From: Candidatus Latescibacterota bacterium
GTDB lineage: Bacteria > Latescibacterota > UBA2968 > GCA-2709665
Direction of reading: 5' to 3'
NCBI GenBank assembly: GCA_965222075.1
Contig: OZ244937.1
Location: 2,944,001-3,008,000 of the forward strand
DNA length: 64,000 nt
The notes under the pieces were generated by a model that worked only from the letters and a program-made list of their open reading frames with translations, had not been told where the DNA came from and did not search any database. Below are positions 50,361 to 60,339 of this stretch, piece by piece; position 1 is the stretch's first letter, and each line of letters starts with the position of its first letter. A program made the translations under genes and the position numbers.

Positions 50361-51428
50361 CTATCCCTTCAGCACCTCATCGATCCGCTTCAAATCCCCC
50401 TCCGCCAACGCCACCTTCGTCGCCTGAACATTGTCCTCCAAATGCTCCATCTTCGTCACCCCGGCGATCACCGACGACACCTGCGAATTCGCCAGCAGCC
50501 ACGCGATAGCAAGCTGGGCCAGCGAAACCCCCTTCTCCTCCGCCACCCCCGTCAGTCTCTCCACGGCCCTTAGATTGGCATCGGTAAAAAACTCCGCCTG
50601 CGTGCCGTCGTCGATAATCCGCCCGCTCACCGAATCCAGCCTATCCTTCCGGTAGCGCCCCGTCAGCAGCCCGCTGGCCAGCGGATAGAAGGGCACCATG
50701 CCCGCCCCGGCCTTCTCGGCGGCCTTCAGAAAATCCGCCTCTTTGCCCCCCTCCTCACAGGCCACCTGGTCCCGCTCCAACAGGTTGTAGCGGTTCTGCA
50801 CGGCCACAATCCGCCGCGACACATCTTTGCCCACCTGTCCCATCACCCTGACGACATGCTTCATCTGCCCCGCTGAATGGTTGGACACCGCCAGATAATG
50901 CACCTTTCCCTGCGTCACCAGGTCGTCAAACGCCCCCCACGTCTCCTCCGGGGGCACCCGGTAGTTCCCCTCCTCGTCCATACCGTTCTGGTGCAGGTAA
51001 AGCAGATCGATGTAGTCGGTCCGGAGGCGCTGCAAACATTTGTCCACAGCGAACCGGATGTAGGCCCGCGACGCCCCGAGCTGGTTCGGGGTAAAGTCCG
51101 CCTGCATCGCGTGCTCTTCCCGCACCGGGTTGTGAATCTTCGTTGCCAGCACCACCTGTTCCCGCACCGACCGCCCCCGGGAGGCGAAGTAGCGCCCCAT
51201 CACCCGTTCGGAATTTCCCGACCCCAGGTTGTAGGAACAGGCCGTATCCCAGTGGAATACGCCCAGCTCCAGCGCCCGGTCAAACACTTCAAACCCTTCG
51301 TGATCCCCGATTCGAGACCCATCGTACAGCGGGTCCCCCCACTTCCACATCCCCAGCCCGATCGCCGACACGAACAGCCCGGAATTTCCGACGCGCCGGC
51401 ACGGCATCCCTCTGAATGCTTCAGCCAT
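50361..51428 (-). CDS. Aldo/keto reductase
   Basis: VSAIGLG, WDTACSY, LATK, DYIDLLYLH, PLASGLLTG. Confidence 0.9.
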   Translation of the reverse strand: MAEAFRGMPCRRVGNSGLFVSAIGLGMWKWGDPLYDGSRIGDHEGFEVFDRALELGVFHWDTACSYNLGSGNSERVMGRYFASRGRSVREQVVLATKIHNPVREEHAMQADFTPNQLGASRAYIRFAVDKCLQRLRTDYIDLLYLHQNGMDEEGNYRVPPEETWGAFDDLVTQGKVHYLAVSNHSAGQMKHVVRVMGQVGKDVSRRIVAVQNRYNLLERDQVACEEGGKEADFLKAAEKAGAGMVPFYPLASGLLTGRYRKDRLDSVSGRIIDDGTQAEFFTDANLRAVERLTGVAEEKGVSLAQLAIAWLLANSQVSSVIAGVTKMEHLEDNVQATKVALAEGDLKRIDEVLKG

Positions 51429-51625
51429 AGCAAACCTCCAAGGAAACACCCGGCTCATGCCGGGTAGAGAATCGGCGTTTCGGACCGATGAACCCTTCGG
51501 GTTCACGACTCCAAAACCCTTGACACCTGAACAAATTGATATAATCGTACGGGACGTGCCCCCGGATACGCGACGCAAAGGTCCTCCGGATCCAGCGTTC
51601 CGCTTCAAAAACGCACATCCACCGC

Positions 51626-52318
51626 TCAGCCTATCTCTATCCTCACCACCCACCCCGATGTCGCATCGCAATACAGAAACCCCGTCTCGTAAATCGACAG
51701 CCCGTGCGGCTGCGGGTGGGGCGTCGGCACCTCAATCCGGTCCAGTTCACCCTCCCCTTCCAGGCCGAGCTTCACAACCACGCGGTCCGCCGTATGCACC
51801 ACCCAGATCCCATCCCGGACCCGCACCACCCCGTGCGCGCGTGTATAGGGCAGCGGAATCGTCCGCAGGGACGACCAGTCTGAAATCCGGACCTGTGTCA
51901 GCGTCTGGCTCTTCAGCGTGGACAGCCAGAGCGTCCCCTCCTCATACCGGTCGTACTCCAGCCCGTGCGTGCCCCCTCCCCCCGGCAGCGGATAGCGGTT
52001 CAGCGTCGCTCCCGTCTCCGGGTCCACCTTCAAAATCTCCCCCGACTGCGCATCGGTGGGCCGCTCCCGCCGCCACCGCGCTCCCGTCCCGTTCGCCGCC
52101 AGCCACAGCGCTCCGTCGCCCCACGTCAACCCGCTCGTATTGGACGACTCGGTCGGAACATCCGCCAGCAGCTGTGTCACCCCGTAATCGTTCGCCTCCG
52201 AAATCTCCACCAGCGCGGCCCGGTCGGTCATCTGGTCCACAACCCAGAGCCCGTCGTCGGTCACCTGTAAGCCGTTGGGCAGCGCATAGGGCGCCCGGAA
52301 CAGCGGTTCAATATTCAT
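51626..52318 (-). CDS. Beta-propeller protein (Vgb/glutaminyl cyclase-like)
   Basis: Repeated blades PNGL, TSGLTW, THGLEY, AHGVV, PHGLS. Confidence 0.6.
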   Translation of the reverse strand: MNIEPLFRAPYALPNGLQVTDDGLWVVDQMTDRAALVEISEANDYGVTQLLADVPTESSNTSGLTWGDGALWLAANGTGARWRRERPTDAQSGEILKVDPETGATLNRYPLPGGGGTHGLEYDRYEEGTLWLSTLKSQTLTQVRISDWSSLRTIPLPYTRAHGVVRVRDGIWVVHTADRVVVKLGLEGEGELDRIEVPTPHPQPHGLSIYETGFLYCDATSGWVVRIEIG

Positions 52319-52328
52319 ATCATTTCCC

Positions 52329-53438
52329 TCAACTCGCGGCCCGGGCCGACTCTGCCTTAAAAAGCCTGTATTCCACCCACTCGTGCTCGCACGCCGGCCC
52401 GCACACAAACCACGCCCTCCCCTCCATCGGCGCCAGCACAATCCCGCAGATTGTCTGTCCGCACCCCTCCCCATCGTGCACCTCATTGTGCCGACAGATC
52501 GCGATCGGGTAGTTCACATGGTCGCTGAGCATTCCCTTCAGGGCATCCGCGTCAGGCCGTTCGCACCCCCGCAGCAACCGGGTGGCGCGCCCCCACCGGG
52601 CAATACTCTGCCCGCGCTGGTCCCACGCCCGCCGCTCCAGAGGCTTGAGCCGGTCGGTCAGATAATGGTTCGAATGCGCCATCGGCCCCTCAAAGGGACA
52701 GAGCACCTCCACCTCTCTGGCCGTTGTTTCCAGGTCGTAGACCTCCCCGTGCCGATCGCAGATTACATAGTTCATCCCCGACGCCCGGCGGGTCCCCCCC
52801 ACCGCGTTGAGCGCATCGCCGATCTGCTCCTGCGACAGAATCCGCCGGATCACGAACGGATAGGGCACCCCGGGACCTGCATCGGCCGGAATCAGCTTGT
52901 TGATCACCACCCCGATCCCCGCACTGTTGAGCCCTGCGCACCCCAGCATCCCCGCCGAAGTGTAGACCAGAGCGTCCGGCCCCTCACCCCCTCTCACCTT
53001 CAACAGCACCGCCGCGGGCGCAAAAATCGCCGGCAGATCGTAATTCTGCCCGATCATCGCTCCGTCGGTGCCGCCCGGCGCCATCAGCGTCGTGCACCCC
53101 GCCCCCACAAAGGCCGGGGAAAGGGAATCGAACAGGTCCAAAAAGGCGTTCAGCGCCAGAATCTCCCCAAACGGAACATCCGCCCCCTCGGCGATCCCCC
53201 TTGCCTCTTCCACCAGCCCCGGCGCATACCGCTCCGCCGGCCCGAGGTAGGTCCCGGCAGTCCCCAGCGCCCGTTCCATCGTCACCGGCTCGACGCCGTG
53301 GTCCCGGCTCGTGGCGTCCATATAGTCAAAGTAGGCCGGCAGAAGCGCTCCGATCTCCTCCCGAAACGCCTCCCCGTGCGCCCGCCCCCTCTCCCTCGGC
53401 CCCCCGGACACCTCAAGCAGCGGAAGCCCTGCGTCCAT
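52329..53438 (-). CDS. C45 family Ntn-hydrolase (isopenicillin-N acyltransferase-like)
   Basis: ERGRAHGE, AGCTT, GQNYD, GLNSAG, HSNHY; start at MDAGL after GGAGG. Confidence 0.85.
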   Translation of the reverse strand: MDAGLPLLEVSGGPRERGRAHGEAFREEIGALLPAYFDYMDATSRDHGVEPVTMERALGTAGTYLGPAERYAPGLVEEARGIAEGADVPFGEILALNAFLDLFDSLSPAFVGAGCTTLMAPGGTDGAMIGQNYDLPAIFAPAAVLLKVRGGEGPDALVYTSAGMLGCAGLNSAGIGVVINKLIPADAGPGVPYPFVIRRILSQEQIGDALNAVGGTRRASGMNYVICDRHGEVYDLETTAREVEVLCPFEGPMAHSNHYLTDRLKPLERRAWDQRGQSIARWGRATRLLRGCERPDADALKGMLSDHVNYPIAICRHNEVHDGEGCGQTICGIVLAPMEGRAWFVCGPACEHEWVEYRLFKAESARAAS

Positions 53439-53457
53439 ATCTACCTCCCTCCGAAAC

Positions 53458-54339
53458 TCACACTCGCACAAACTTCTGCAACCGCTGTCCTTGATCCTCC
53501 ATCCCGATCTCCGCCACGTAGATGCTCCCCTCGTCGTCCACGCAGATCCCGTGCGGCGACTGCACCTCCCGCTCCCCTTCAAACCGGCAGAGCCGCTCCC
53601 CCTCCGGCGACCAGGCGCTGATGCGTCCACCCGCCCCCTGTTCGGCCACATAGATCGTGTTGTCGTTTGTAATCCACACATCCCCCGGTGCGGCCACATC
53701 CGTCCACGCCTCCATAAACACCCCCTCCGGATCGAAAATCTGGATCCGATCGTTCTCCCGGTCGCAGACCAGCACCCGGCCCGTCTTGTCGCACCCGATA
53801 TTGTGCACCACCGCAAACTGGCCTGGCTCGCTGCCCGCCTCGCCCCACGACAGCAGGTGCTCCCCCTCCTTCGAGTACCTGTGCACACGTCGGTTGCCGT
53901 ACCCGTCCGACACGTAGAACGACGCTCCGTCCGGAGCAAACGCGACCCCGGTCGGCATGTTGTACTCGCGGCCGTAGAACGTCACCCCGGGCACCCCCGG
54001 TGCCCCCCACTCCCGTTCCATCTCGCCCAGCAGCGTGTACCGGCGCACCACATGCTGGTATGCATCGGTCAGATAGACCCCATCGTCCGGCCCGATAAAA
54101 ATCCCGTGCGACTGGCTCACCAGGTGCGGAGAGATACCGAACTCCCCGTAGCCCCACGACGTCACGAAATTCCCTTCCTTATCGAACACGACAATCGGAT
54201 GCTTCCCCCGGGTAAACGCATAGATGCGCCCCCGGGAATCGACCGCCGCATCCGACACCTGCGTAAACACCCACCCCTCGGGCAGCCTCGCCCACCCCTC
54301 TACCACTTCATACTTGTAGTCTCCCTCCCCCAGAACCAT
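53458..54339 (-). CDS. NHL-repeat protein (peptidyl-alpha-hydroxyglycine lyase-like)
   Basis: HGIFIG, PTGVAF, YVSDGYGNRRVH, GQFAVVH, DRENDRIQIFD. Confidence 0.85.
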   Translation of the reverse strand: MVLGEGDYKYEVVEGWARLPEGWVFTQVSDAAVDSRGRIYAFTRGKHPIVVFDKEGNFVTSWGYGEFGISPHLVSQSHGIFIGPDDGVYLTDAYQHVVRRYTLLGEMEREWGAPGVPGVTFYGREYNMPTGVAFAPDGASFYVSDGYGNRRVHRYSKEGEHLLSWGEAGSEPGQFAVVHNIGCDKTGRVLVCDRENDRIQIFDPEGVFMEAWTDVAAPGDVWITNDNTIYVAEQGAGGRISAWSPEGERLCRFEGEREVQSPHGICVDDEGSIYVAEIGMEDQGQRLQKFVRV

Positions 54340-54364
54340 ATCATACCTCCTTGAGGGCTACTTT

Positions 54365-55783
54365 CTACCCCTCGTCTTCTTCGCCTTCTTCACCCTTCGC
54401 ATCCCTGGCCTGCAGCCGTTCCGCCGTCTTCACCGACCCGATGTAGAGTCCGTTATAAGCCGCTTCCGAGCTGGAAAAAGGCCCCTGGCCCTCCTTCCCG
54501 TGCCACTGCAGGTTCGTAACCATCGGATTCCTCTTCCCCGTCTCCTTTTCCCGCCGGGCGATCCAGGCCTCCATCCGATCCTTCAGCATCCGCACCACCT
54601 CCGGCTCCTTCCCGGCCAGGTTCACATTCTCCCCCGGGTCCTCCACCAGATTGTAAAGCTCCACCTCCGGCTTGAAATGAAAATCCGGCTCTAAGGCCAC
54701 AATCAACTTCCACGCCGGCGTCCGCCACCCGTGCTTCCGCATCCAGGTCGCCTCCGTAATGTAGAATTCCGGCGAATGGGACGCTCGCCGGCCCCGGATC
54801 AACGGCATCAGGCTTCGGCCGTCGAACCGGATCTTCGTCTTCACCCCCAGCAGCTCCAGGATCGTGGGCGCCAGATCCTGGTGCGTCGTATACCCCCCCA
54901 CCCGCGCCCCCTCCGGCAGCCGTCCGGGCAGCCGGAGAATCAACGGCACATACAGGGTGCAGTCGTAGATCCCGTGGTGGTCGAAATAACACTCGTGGTC
55001 CATCAGCGTCTCGCCGTGGTCCCCATTGAACACCACCAGCGTATCCTCGGCCAGCCCCAGCTCGTCCAGCCGCGTCAGAATCCGCTGGATGCAGGCGTCC
55101 ATATAGGCAACTTCGCCGTCGTACTGCGCAATCACGTAATCCGCATCCGTAATCCCCGGTGGCATCCAGCTTGCAAAAAAATCCCGAAACGGCTTGAACC
55201 GCATCACCGGCTCCATCGACGCCTTCGCTGGATCGCACGGATCGCCGCTGTAAAACATCGTGTCATAAGGCGGTGGCGGAAGATAGGGCGCGTGGGGGTC
55301 CATATGTCTCAGGAAAAGGGAAAAGGGCCGATCGTCCTTTGCCAGACACTCCAGCTCCGGAATCGTCACCTCGTTCAACCCCTCCGCCTTGCGCAGCGGC
55401 CGCTCCTGCCAGCTCCCCCACTGCGGGTAGTCCAGATACGTGTCGAACCCTCGCGAACTCGGATTCCCCGTAAACCCCACGCAGGTCGTGTTGTACCCCG
55501 CCTCCCGCAGAATCTCCGGCAGCGAGGCCATATCCCCCCTTAATCCCCCCCTGTGTCGCAGCGCCACCACCTGCGTCGAAAAGCAGTCCATCCCGGTCAG
55601 CATCGACGCGTACGCCGACGTGGTCGGGATATGGGGGCTGTAATTCCGCTCGAACAGCACCCCCTGGGTCGCCAGCCGGTCAATATGCGGCGTTGTCAAC
55701 CGCCCGTACCCGTAACAGCTCATATGGTCGGCCCGGAGGCTGTCCACCCCGAACAACACCAGATTCCGCTTCCGCCTGGCCAT
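54365..55783 (-). CDS. Sulfatase-like hydrolase with non-canonical active-site motif
   Basis: DSLRADH, DPHAPY, YDGEV, GDHGE; the signature reads TTSAYASMLTG instead of C/SxPxR. Confidence 0.82.
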   Translation of the reverse strand: MARRKRNLVLFGVDSLRADHMSCYGYGRLTTPHIDRLATQGVLFERNYSPHIPTTSAYASMLTGMDCFSTQVVALRHRGGLRGDMASLPEILREAGYNTTCVGFTGNPSSRGFDTYLDYPQWGSWQERPLRKAEGLNEVTIPELECLAKDDRPFSLFLRHMDPHAPYLPPPPYDTMFYSGDPCDPAKASMEPVMRFKPFRDFFASWMPPGITDADYVIAQYDGEVAYMDACIQRILTRLDELGLAEDTLVVFNGDHGETLMDHECYFDHHGIYDCTLYVPLILRLPGRLPEGARVGGYTTHQDLAPTILELLGVKTKIRFDGRSLMPLIRGRRASHSPEFYITEATWMRKHGWRTPAWKLIVALEPDFHFKPEVELYNLVEDPGENVNLAGKEPEVVRMLKDRMEAWIARREKETGKRNPMVTNLQWHGKEGQGPFSSSEAAYNGLYIGSVKTAERLQARDAKGEEGEEDEG

Positions 55784-55863
55784 CGAACCTCCTTCAAAGT
55801 CAGTTCCAGGTTCCAGCTGTCTCTGACTTCAACCTGGAACCTGGAACACGTTCTTGCCTCTAC

Positions 55864-56958
55864 TCACCCCTGAATCAACGGCAACCTCACCGGCTTCTTC
55901 GTCTCATAACACGCAAGCGCGGCAAACACAATCTCGTGACTCACAATCGCATCTTCCAGGTTGCAGTGCGACTCCTTCTTCTCCAGAATACAGTCCACAA
56001 AATGGTCCATCTGTCCCTGGAAGGGGTGGTGCGTCACATCCGCGCTGTCCGGGAGAATCGCCGGGATCTCCACCCAGCTGTTCTGGCCCGGATACTTGTG
56101 CGACCAGACCCGGTTGTCCTTGACCGTTCCCTTGTCCCCGAAAATCTCCACCGGGAAGGTATACGGCATAACACACCCGTAATTTACCGAAACCTTTCCG
56201 ATTGCGCCGTTAGAAAACTTCACCAGAGCCACCTCTAAGTCTTCGTACTCCAGCGGCTTGCTGGCCACCCATTTATTGGCCAGATAGTTGAACTCCTTTG
56301 TCAACCCCTTTCGGTAGCCGCCCGAATAGGCGAACACCTCCACCGGCTTTGCCGCCTCGAACTCCCCCCGTCCGGCAAACCAGCGCAACGAGTCAATGGC
56401 GTGACACCCTCCCGTCAAAAACGCGCTGACCCCCGTCTGCTTCTTCCGCGCCTCCTCCCAACCCGTCCACCAACTCGCGATATCGTGCTGGTAATCGGTC
56501 TCCACATAGTAGACATCCCCCAGCGCATCGTCGGCAACCATCGCCTTGATCGTCTCAAACAGCGGGTTCCACCTCAATACAAAACTGACAATGGTCCGCA
56601 CCTTCGCCTGCCGCACCGCCCGCCGCATCGCCTTCATCTCATCCAGGCTGTTGGCGATCGGTTTCTCAATCACAATATGTTTTCCCGCCTCTGCCGCCGC
56701 GATCGTATTCTCTGCGTGAAAACGCTGGGGCGTACACACCGAAACAATATCCACCCCCTCATGCTCCAATGCCTTCTCATAATTATTGTACAGCCCGATC
56801 CCCTCCAGCCCCGCCTCCTCCGCCCGCGCCCTGGCGCTCGCCAGCTTCCGGCTTGAAACCGCCACCACCTCGGTGTGCGGATTGTTGTGAAACGCCATAA
56901 TATGCTGCGTTGACACCCACCCTGCGCCGTGAACCAGTACGCCCAGTTTCTTTGCCAT
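55864..56958 (-). CDS. Gfo/Idh/MocA family oxidoreductase
   Basis: HGAGWV, AGKHIVIEKP, GCHAID. Confidence 0.9.
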   Translation of the reverse strand: MAKKLGVLVHGAGWVSTQHIMAFHNNPHTEVVAVSSRKLASARARAEEAGLEGIGLYNNYEKALEHEGVDIVSVCTPQRFHAENTIAAAEAGKHIVIEKPIANSLDEMKAMRRAVRQAKVRTIVSFVLRWNPLFETIKAMVADDALGDVYYVETDYQHDIASWWTGWEEARKKQTGVSAFLTGGCHAIDSLRWFAGRGEFEAAKPVEVFAYSGGYRKGLTKEFNYLANKWVASKPLEYEDLEVALVKFSNGAIGKVSVNYGCVMPYTFPVEIFGDKGTVKDNRVWSHKYPGQNSWVEIPAILPDSADVTHHPFQGQMDHFVDCILEKKESHCNLEDAIVSHEIVFAALACYETKKPVRLPLIQG

Positions 56959-57012
56959 CCTTCCCTCCTTTAACTCAAACTTGGAACGTGGAACCTGAAA
57001 CCTGGAACTTTC

Positions 57013-57190
57013 TTACAACCGCGACTGATCAAACAGCGGCACTTCTGTAAACGCTGCGTCCCCTACTTCCAGAGACCCCCGCGTCAACTCCCGGTTTTTC
57101 TCGATATAATCCATAAGCTTCTCGTGATACTCGGCCGCAACATCCGGATGCTCGGCCACCACGTTGTGCAGCTCGTCGGGATCGCCCCTC
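57013..57190 (-). pseudogene. Orphan C-terminal fragment of a sulfatase-like gene
   Basis: GDPDELHNVVAEHPDVAAEYHEKLMDYI...* with no start, abutting the stop of the upstream gene. Confidence 0.6.
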
Positions 57191-58009
57191 TCAGAACGCT
57201 TCCACGATTCCCCGAAACCCCTCCGCATACTGCCCCAGCACCCCGTCCACATCGTGCTCGCTGCCGGGCCTGTGGATCACCTCCACCGAAAAGTACCCGT
57301 CGAACCCCGCCTCGTTCAGCAGGCGCAGCGGCGTTGCATGGTCAATCGTACCCTCTCCCAGCCCCACATTGGTCATTCGCGACTCCGGCGTCTCGTAGCG
57401 CCCGTCGTGCGCGTGCAAATGCGCCGTCAGATGCCCGATGGTCTGAAACGTCTCCTGCGGCCGCTCCATAAACCGCTGCGTGTGCATCAGGTCCCACAGC
57501 ACCCGCAAATGCGGGTGGTTCACCCGCTCCACCACCTCCCGGACCTGCGTGGACACGCACCACTCATCGTGCGTCTCCATCAACACCCTCACCCCCTTCT
57601 CCACGGCCCGGTCCATCACCCGCTGGTAGGCCTCGGCCGTCCGGTGCACGATTCCGTGCAGCTCGCCGCTTCCCCGGGGGCCGCCAAACGTCCGGATACA
57701 CGACGCCCCCAGGTCCGCAGCCAGATCGATCCCCGCCACCGCCTCCTCGATCGACGTCTCCAACTCCTCCGGATCGGGCGTGGCAAACCGGGCGCCGGTC
57801 GCCACACAGCAAATCGCCAGCCCCTCCTTCTCAAACCGCTCCCGCACGGCCCTGCGCATGTCCGCCGGCATCTCCGGCTCGATCCCCGCTGCATGCCCCC
57901 AGCCGATGCGCGGCTCCAGCCCCTGGTACCCGTGGCGTTTCATGCCCTCAACAACCTGATCCAGGCTCCAATCCGGACAAACGCTCGTCATCGTCGCCAG
58001 CTTGACCAT
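57191..58009 (-). CDS. Sugar phosphate isomerase/epimerase (AP_endonuc_2 TIM barrel)
   Basis: GYQGLE, LMETHD, LWDLMH, HLHAHD, FSVE. Confidence 0.88.
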   Translation of the reverse strand: MVKLATMTSVCPDWSLDQVVEGMKRHGYQGLEPRIGWGHAAGIEPEMPADMRRAVRERFEKEGLAICCVATGARFATPDPEELETSIEEAVAGIDLAADLGASCIRTFGGPRGSGELHGIVHRTAEAYQRVMDRAVEKGVRVLMETHDEWCVSTQVREVVERVNHPHLRVLWDLMHTQRFMERPQETFQTIGHLTAHLHAHDGRYETPESRMTNVGLGEGTIDHATPLRLLNEAGFDGYFSVEVIHRPGSEHDVDGVLGQYAEGFRGIVEAF

Positions 58010-58147
58010 CCCGCCCTCCTTTCACAATACCCACCCTGACCGCTTCAAAAGATAACCATAACCTAATACGATCTTTCACCAATCGCAAGCAGAATTCACA
58101 ACGCCGAATCCTGGGTTCACCCCCTCAATCCACGACCCGAAACAGAA

Positions 58148-58176
58148 TTGACATCCCACCCCACGAACCCTATCTT
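58148..58176 (+). promoter_or_regulatory. Sigma70-like promoter of manA
   Basis: TTGACA-17 bp-TATCTT. Confidence 0.55.
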
Positions 58177-58233
58177 CTAACCCATCGCCCACCCCCGCTT
58201 TTCAATCCTCAATCCCTCTTCAAGGAGCCCTCC

Positions 58234-59220
58234 ATGCTCCCTGCCCTCCTCCCCATGCGCCCTTACCTTCGGGAAATGATCTGGGGAGGCCGCGGTCTCC
58301 AGCTCCATTACAACAAACCTCTACCGCCCGGCAAATCCATCGGCGAATCCTGGGAAGTCTCCGCCTATCCGGACATGGAAAGCACGGTCGCCGCCGGCCC
58401 TCTCGCAGGTCAACCTCTTCGCCAACTCGTAGAAATTCACGGTCATGAGCTTCTTGGCAGGACGGTTTACAACCGTTACGATGGCGAGTTTCCCCTGCTC
58501 GTCAAACTGCTGGACGCGCAGAAGGATCTCTCCATTCAGGTGCATCCGGACGACGCTTATGCCCGAATGAAAAACATCGGCAATTTTGGAAAAATGGAAG
58601 CCTGGTACGTCCTCCACTCAGACAACGGCCAAATCGCCTGTGGCCTGAAAGACGGCGTTGACAAACCCGCCTTTGTCGAAGCCATTCGCAACAACCGCGT
58701 CGAAGACGCCGTTCAGTTCTTCACCGCCCGTCCCGGCGACGTCATCTTTATCCCGCCCGGCACCGTCCACGCCCTCTGCAGGGGTGTGATGGTCTACGAA
58801 GTCCAGCAGTCCAGTGACCTCACCTTCCGGATCTACGACTACAACCGCCCCGGATCGGATGGAAAACCCCGGGAATTGCATATCGAAAACGCACTGGAGG
58901 TTATCACCTTCGGCGAATCCAGCCGTGCACCCGTTTCGTGGTGCGACCTGCCGGGGGCGACGTCCAACCACACCCTCCTCATTGAATCCGAACATTTCCG
59001 CCTGGAACGCTGCAATCCGCCCGAACGCAAAACCGAACATTCAGCCTATCCTTCGCTCGCCGCGGTCACCTTTCTTGAAGGAAACGCCGAAATCACCAGC
59101 GCGCGGGAATCCTATCCTGGGAAAAAAGGCGACACGTTTCTTATCCGCGCGGGCCGCCCTTTCCAGGTTCTCCATCGGGACGGCCTCCACCCCGAATACC
59201 TCATCTCCTCGATTCCCTGA
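58234..59220 (+). CDS. manA: Mannose-6-phosphate isomerase, class I
   Basis: IWGG, GESWE, FPLLVKLLDA, LSIQVHP, GKMEAW, GTVHA, EVQQSSDLTFRIYD. Confidence 0.92.
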   Translation: MLPALLPMRPYLREMIWGGRGLQLHYNKPLPPGKSIGESWEVSAYPDMESTVAAGPLAGQPLRQLVEIHGHELLGRTVYNRYDGEFPLLVKLLDAQKDLSIQVHPDDAYARMKNIGNFGKMEAWYVLHSDNGQIACGLKDGVDKPAFVEAIRNNRVEDAVQFFTARPGDVIFIPPGTVHALCRGVMVYEVQQSSDLTFRIYDYNRPGSDGKPRELHIENALEVITFGESSRAPVSWCDLPGATSNHTLLIESEHFRLERCNPPERKTEHSAYPSLAAVTFLEGNAEITSARESYPGKKGDTFLIRAGRPFQVLHRDGLHPEYLISSIP

Positions 59221-59242
59221 ACAACCGCGGCGCTGGAAAAAA

Positions 59243-59278
59243 CGAAGCCCCGGAGAAGCGAATCCCCAGGGCTTTCTT
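59243..59278. terminator. Possible terminator after manA
   Basis: aagccccgg...ccagggcttt imperfect stem flanked by A/T tracts. Confidence 0.4.
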
Positions 59279-59417
59279 GTGTGGGTTACAATTGCCAACA
59301 GCGATGGATCAGGCGTCCTGGTCCTGACCGTTTCCCCTCTCATCGGTAGCCTTTGGACGCTGCATCGTTCGTTCCACCTGGTCGGCCAAGCCGCCGTAAA
59401 CGGCCGGGGCGGGTGTC

Positions 59418-60101
59418 TCACCAGCACCCTGTCCACTTGCCCGTTACCCTTGCCAATTCCTCCATCACGGGTTCATCGGTGTTTCGCCGCTTCAGCACCC
59501 TGAATCCGTGATCTGCCGTATCCACCACATGAAGCGTCGCGTGCTTCAGCTTCTTCACCACCGGCTCCAACAGGTTCAAATCCGCCATCTTATCCCGCTG
59601 TCCGGACAAAAACAGCATCGGCACTGCCACATCCTTCAAATGCTCAGCGCGCTTTGTATTCGGTTTGCCCGCGTGAAGCGGAAATGCAAAAAACACAATA
59701 CCCTTCAGTCCGTCTATGGGTTCCTGAGCAGAGGCCATGGATACCATGCGTCCGCTCATGGAATGCCCACCGGCAAACACCGGCAATCCCCGCGCCTGTT
59801 TCATCGCCGTTGCGATTGCCGCACGCACGGTTGCCAACCGCACCTTCTCACCGTCCATCCCACCGCCCTTTTCAGAATAGGGATAGTTAAAACAAAACGT
59901 CGCCAGACCCACGTTGTTCAACGCATCGCTCAGTTCCTGCATAAATTGATGTCGCATATTCGTGCCCGCTCCGTGACCCAACACCAATAATGCCTTTGCC
60001 CCACGCGGTCGCGCGTACAGTGCCGACACCTCACCCTTTTCCTCTGTCGCCAGAAATTTCAACCCCACGGGTTCAACGGCCACTTTCTTCCCTTCCTCCA
60101 T
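59418..60101 (-). CDS. Alpha/beta hydrolase (KANSL3/Tex30-like)
   Basis: GHGAG, GGHSMSGR, FPLH, GQRD, ADHGF. Confidence 0.82.
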   Translation of the reverse strand: MEEGKKVAVEPVGLKFLATEEKGEVSALYARPRGAKALLVLGHGAGTNMRHQFMQELSDALNNVGLATFCFNYPYSEKGGGMDGEKVRLATVRAAIATAMKQARGLPVFAGGHSMSGRMVSMASAQEPIDGLKGIVFFAFPLHAGKPNTKRAEHLKDVAVPMLFLSGQRDKMADLNLLEPVVKKLKHATLHVVDTADHGFRVLKRRNTDEPVMEELARVTGKWTGCW

Positions 60102-60134
60102 GGTGCAGCGTGTCACAAAGGGGGCTTCCGTAAT

Positions 60135-60159
60135 GGGCGATCACAAGGATCGCCCCTAC
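60135..60159 (-). repeat. GTAG-type REP-like palindrome
   Basis: GTAG-GGGCGATC-CTTGT-GATCGCCC on the minus strand. Confidence 0.65.
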
Positions 60160-60185
60160 CGACCCCTGACCCCTGATTTCTGACC

Positions 60186-60316
60186 CCTCTGCATCCTCGC
60201 CCACGAATCCCGCAGCGTAATCGTCCGGTTGAATACCGGCTTCTCCGCCGACGAATCGGGATCCACGCAAAAATACCCCAACCGCTCGAACTGGTACACG
60301 GTTCCTGGAGCTGCGC
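60186..60316 (-). repeat. 131-bp duplicate of the glnS 3' end (direct repeat of 62645-62775)
   Basis: 9 mismatches in 131 bp by manual alignment; encodes [43 protein letters not shown]. Confidence 0.92.
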
Positions 60317-60339
60317 GCCTCCCGCGCTTCGGTGCGGGG

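Noticed and set aside
52329-53939. 536-aa ORF as a single protein
   Set aside because: Its N-terminal part overlaps the NHL gene out of frame; the real start is 53438 with a GGAGG RBS.
59300-59410. Another orphan gene tail on the minus strand
   Set aside because: The peptide is too short and unrecognisable to support a call.
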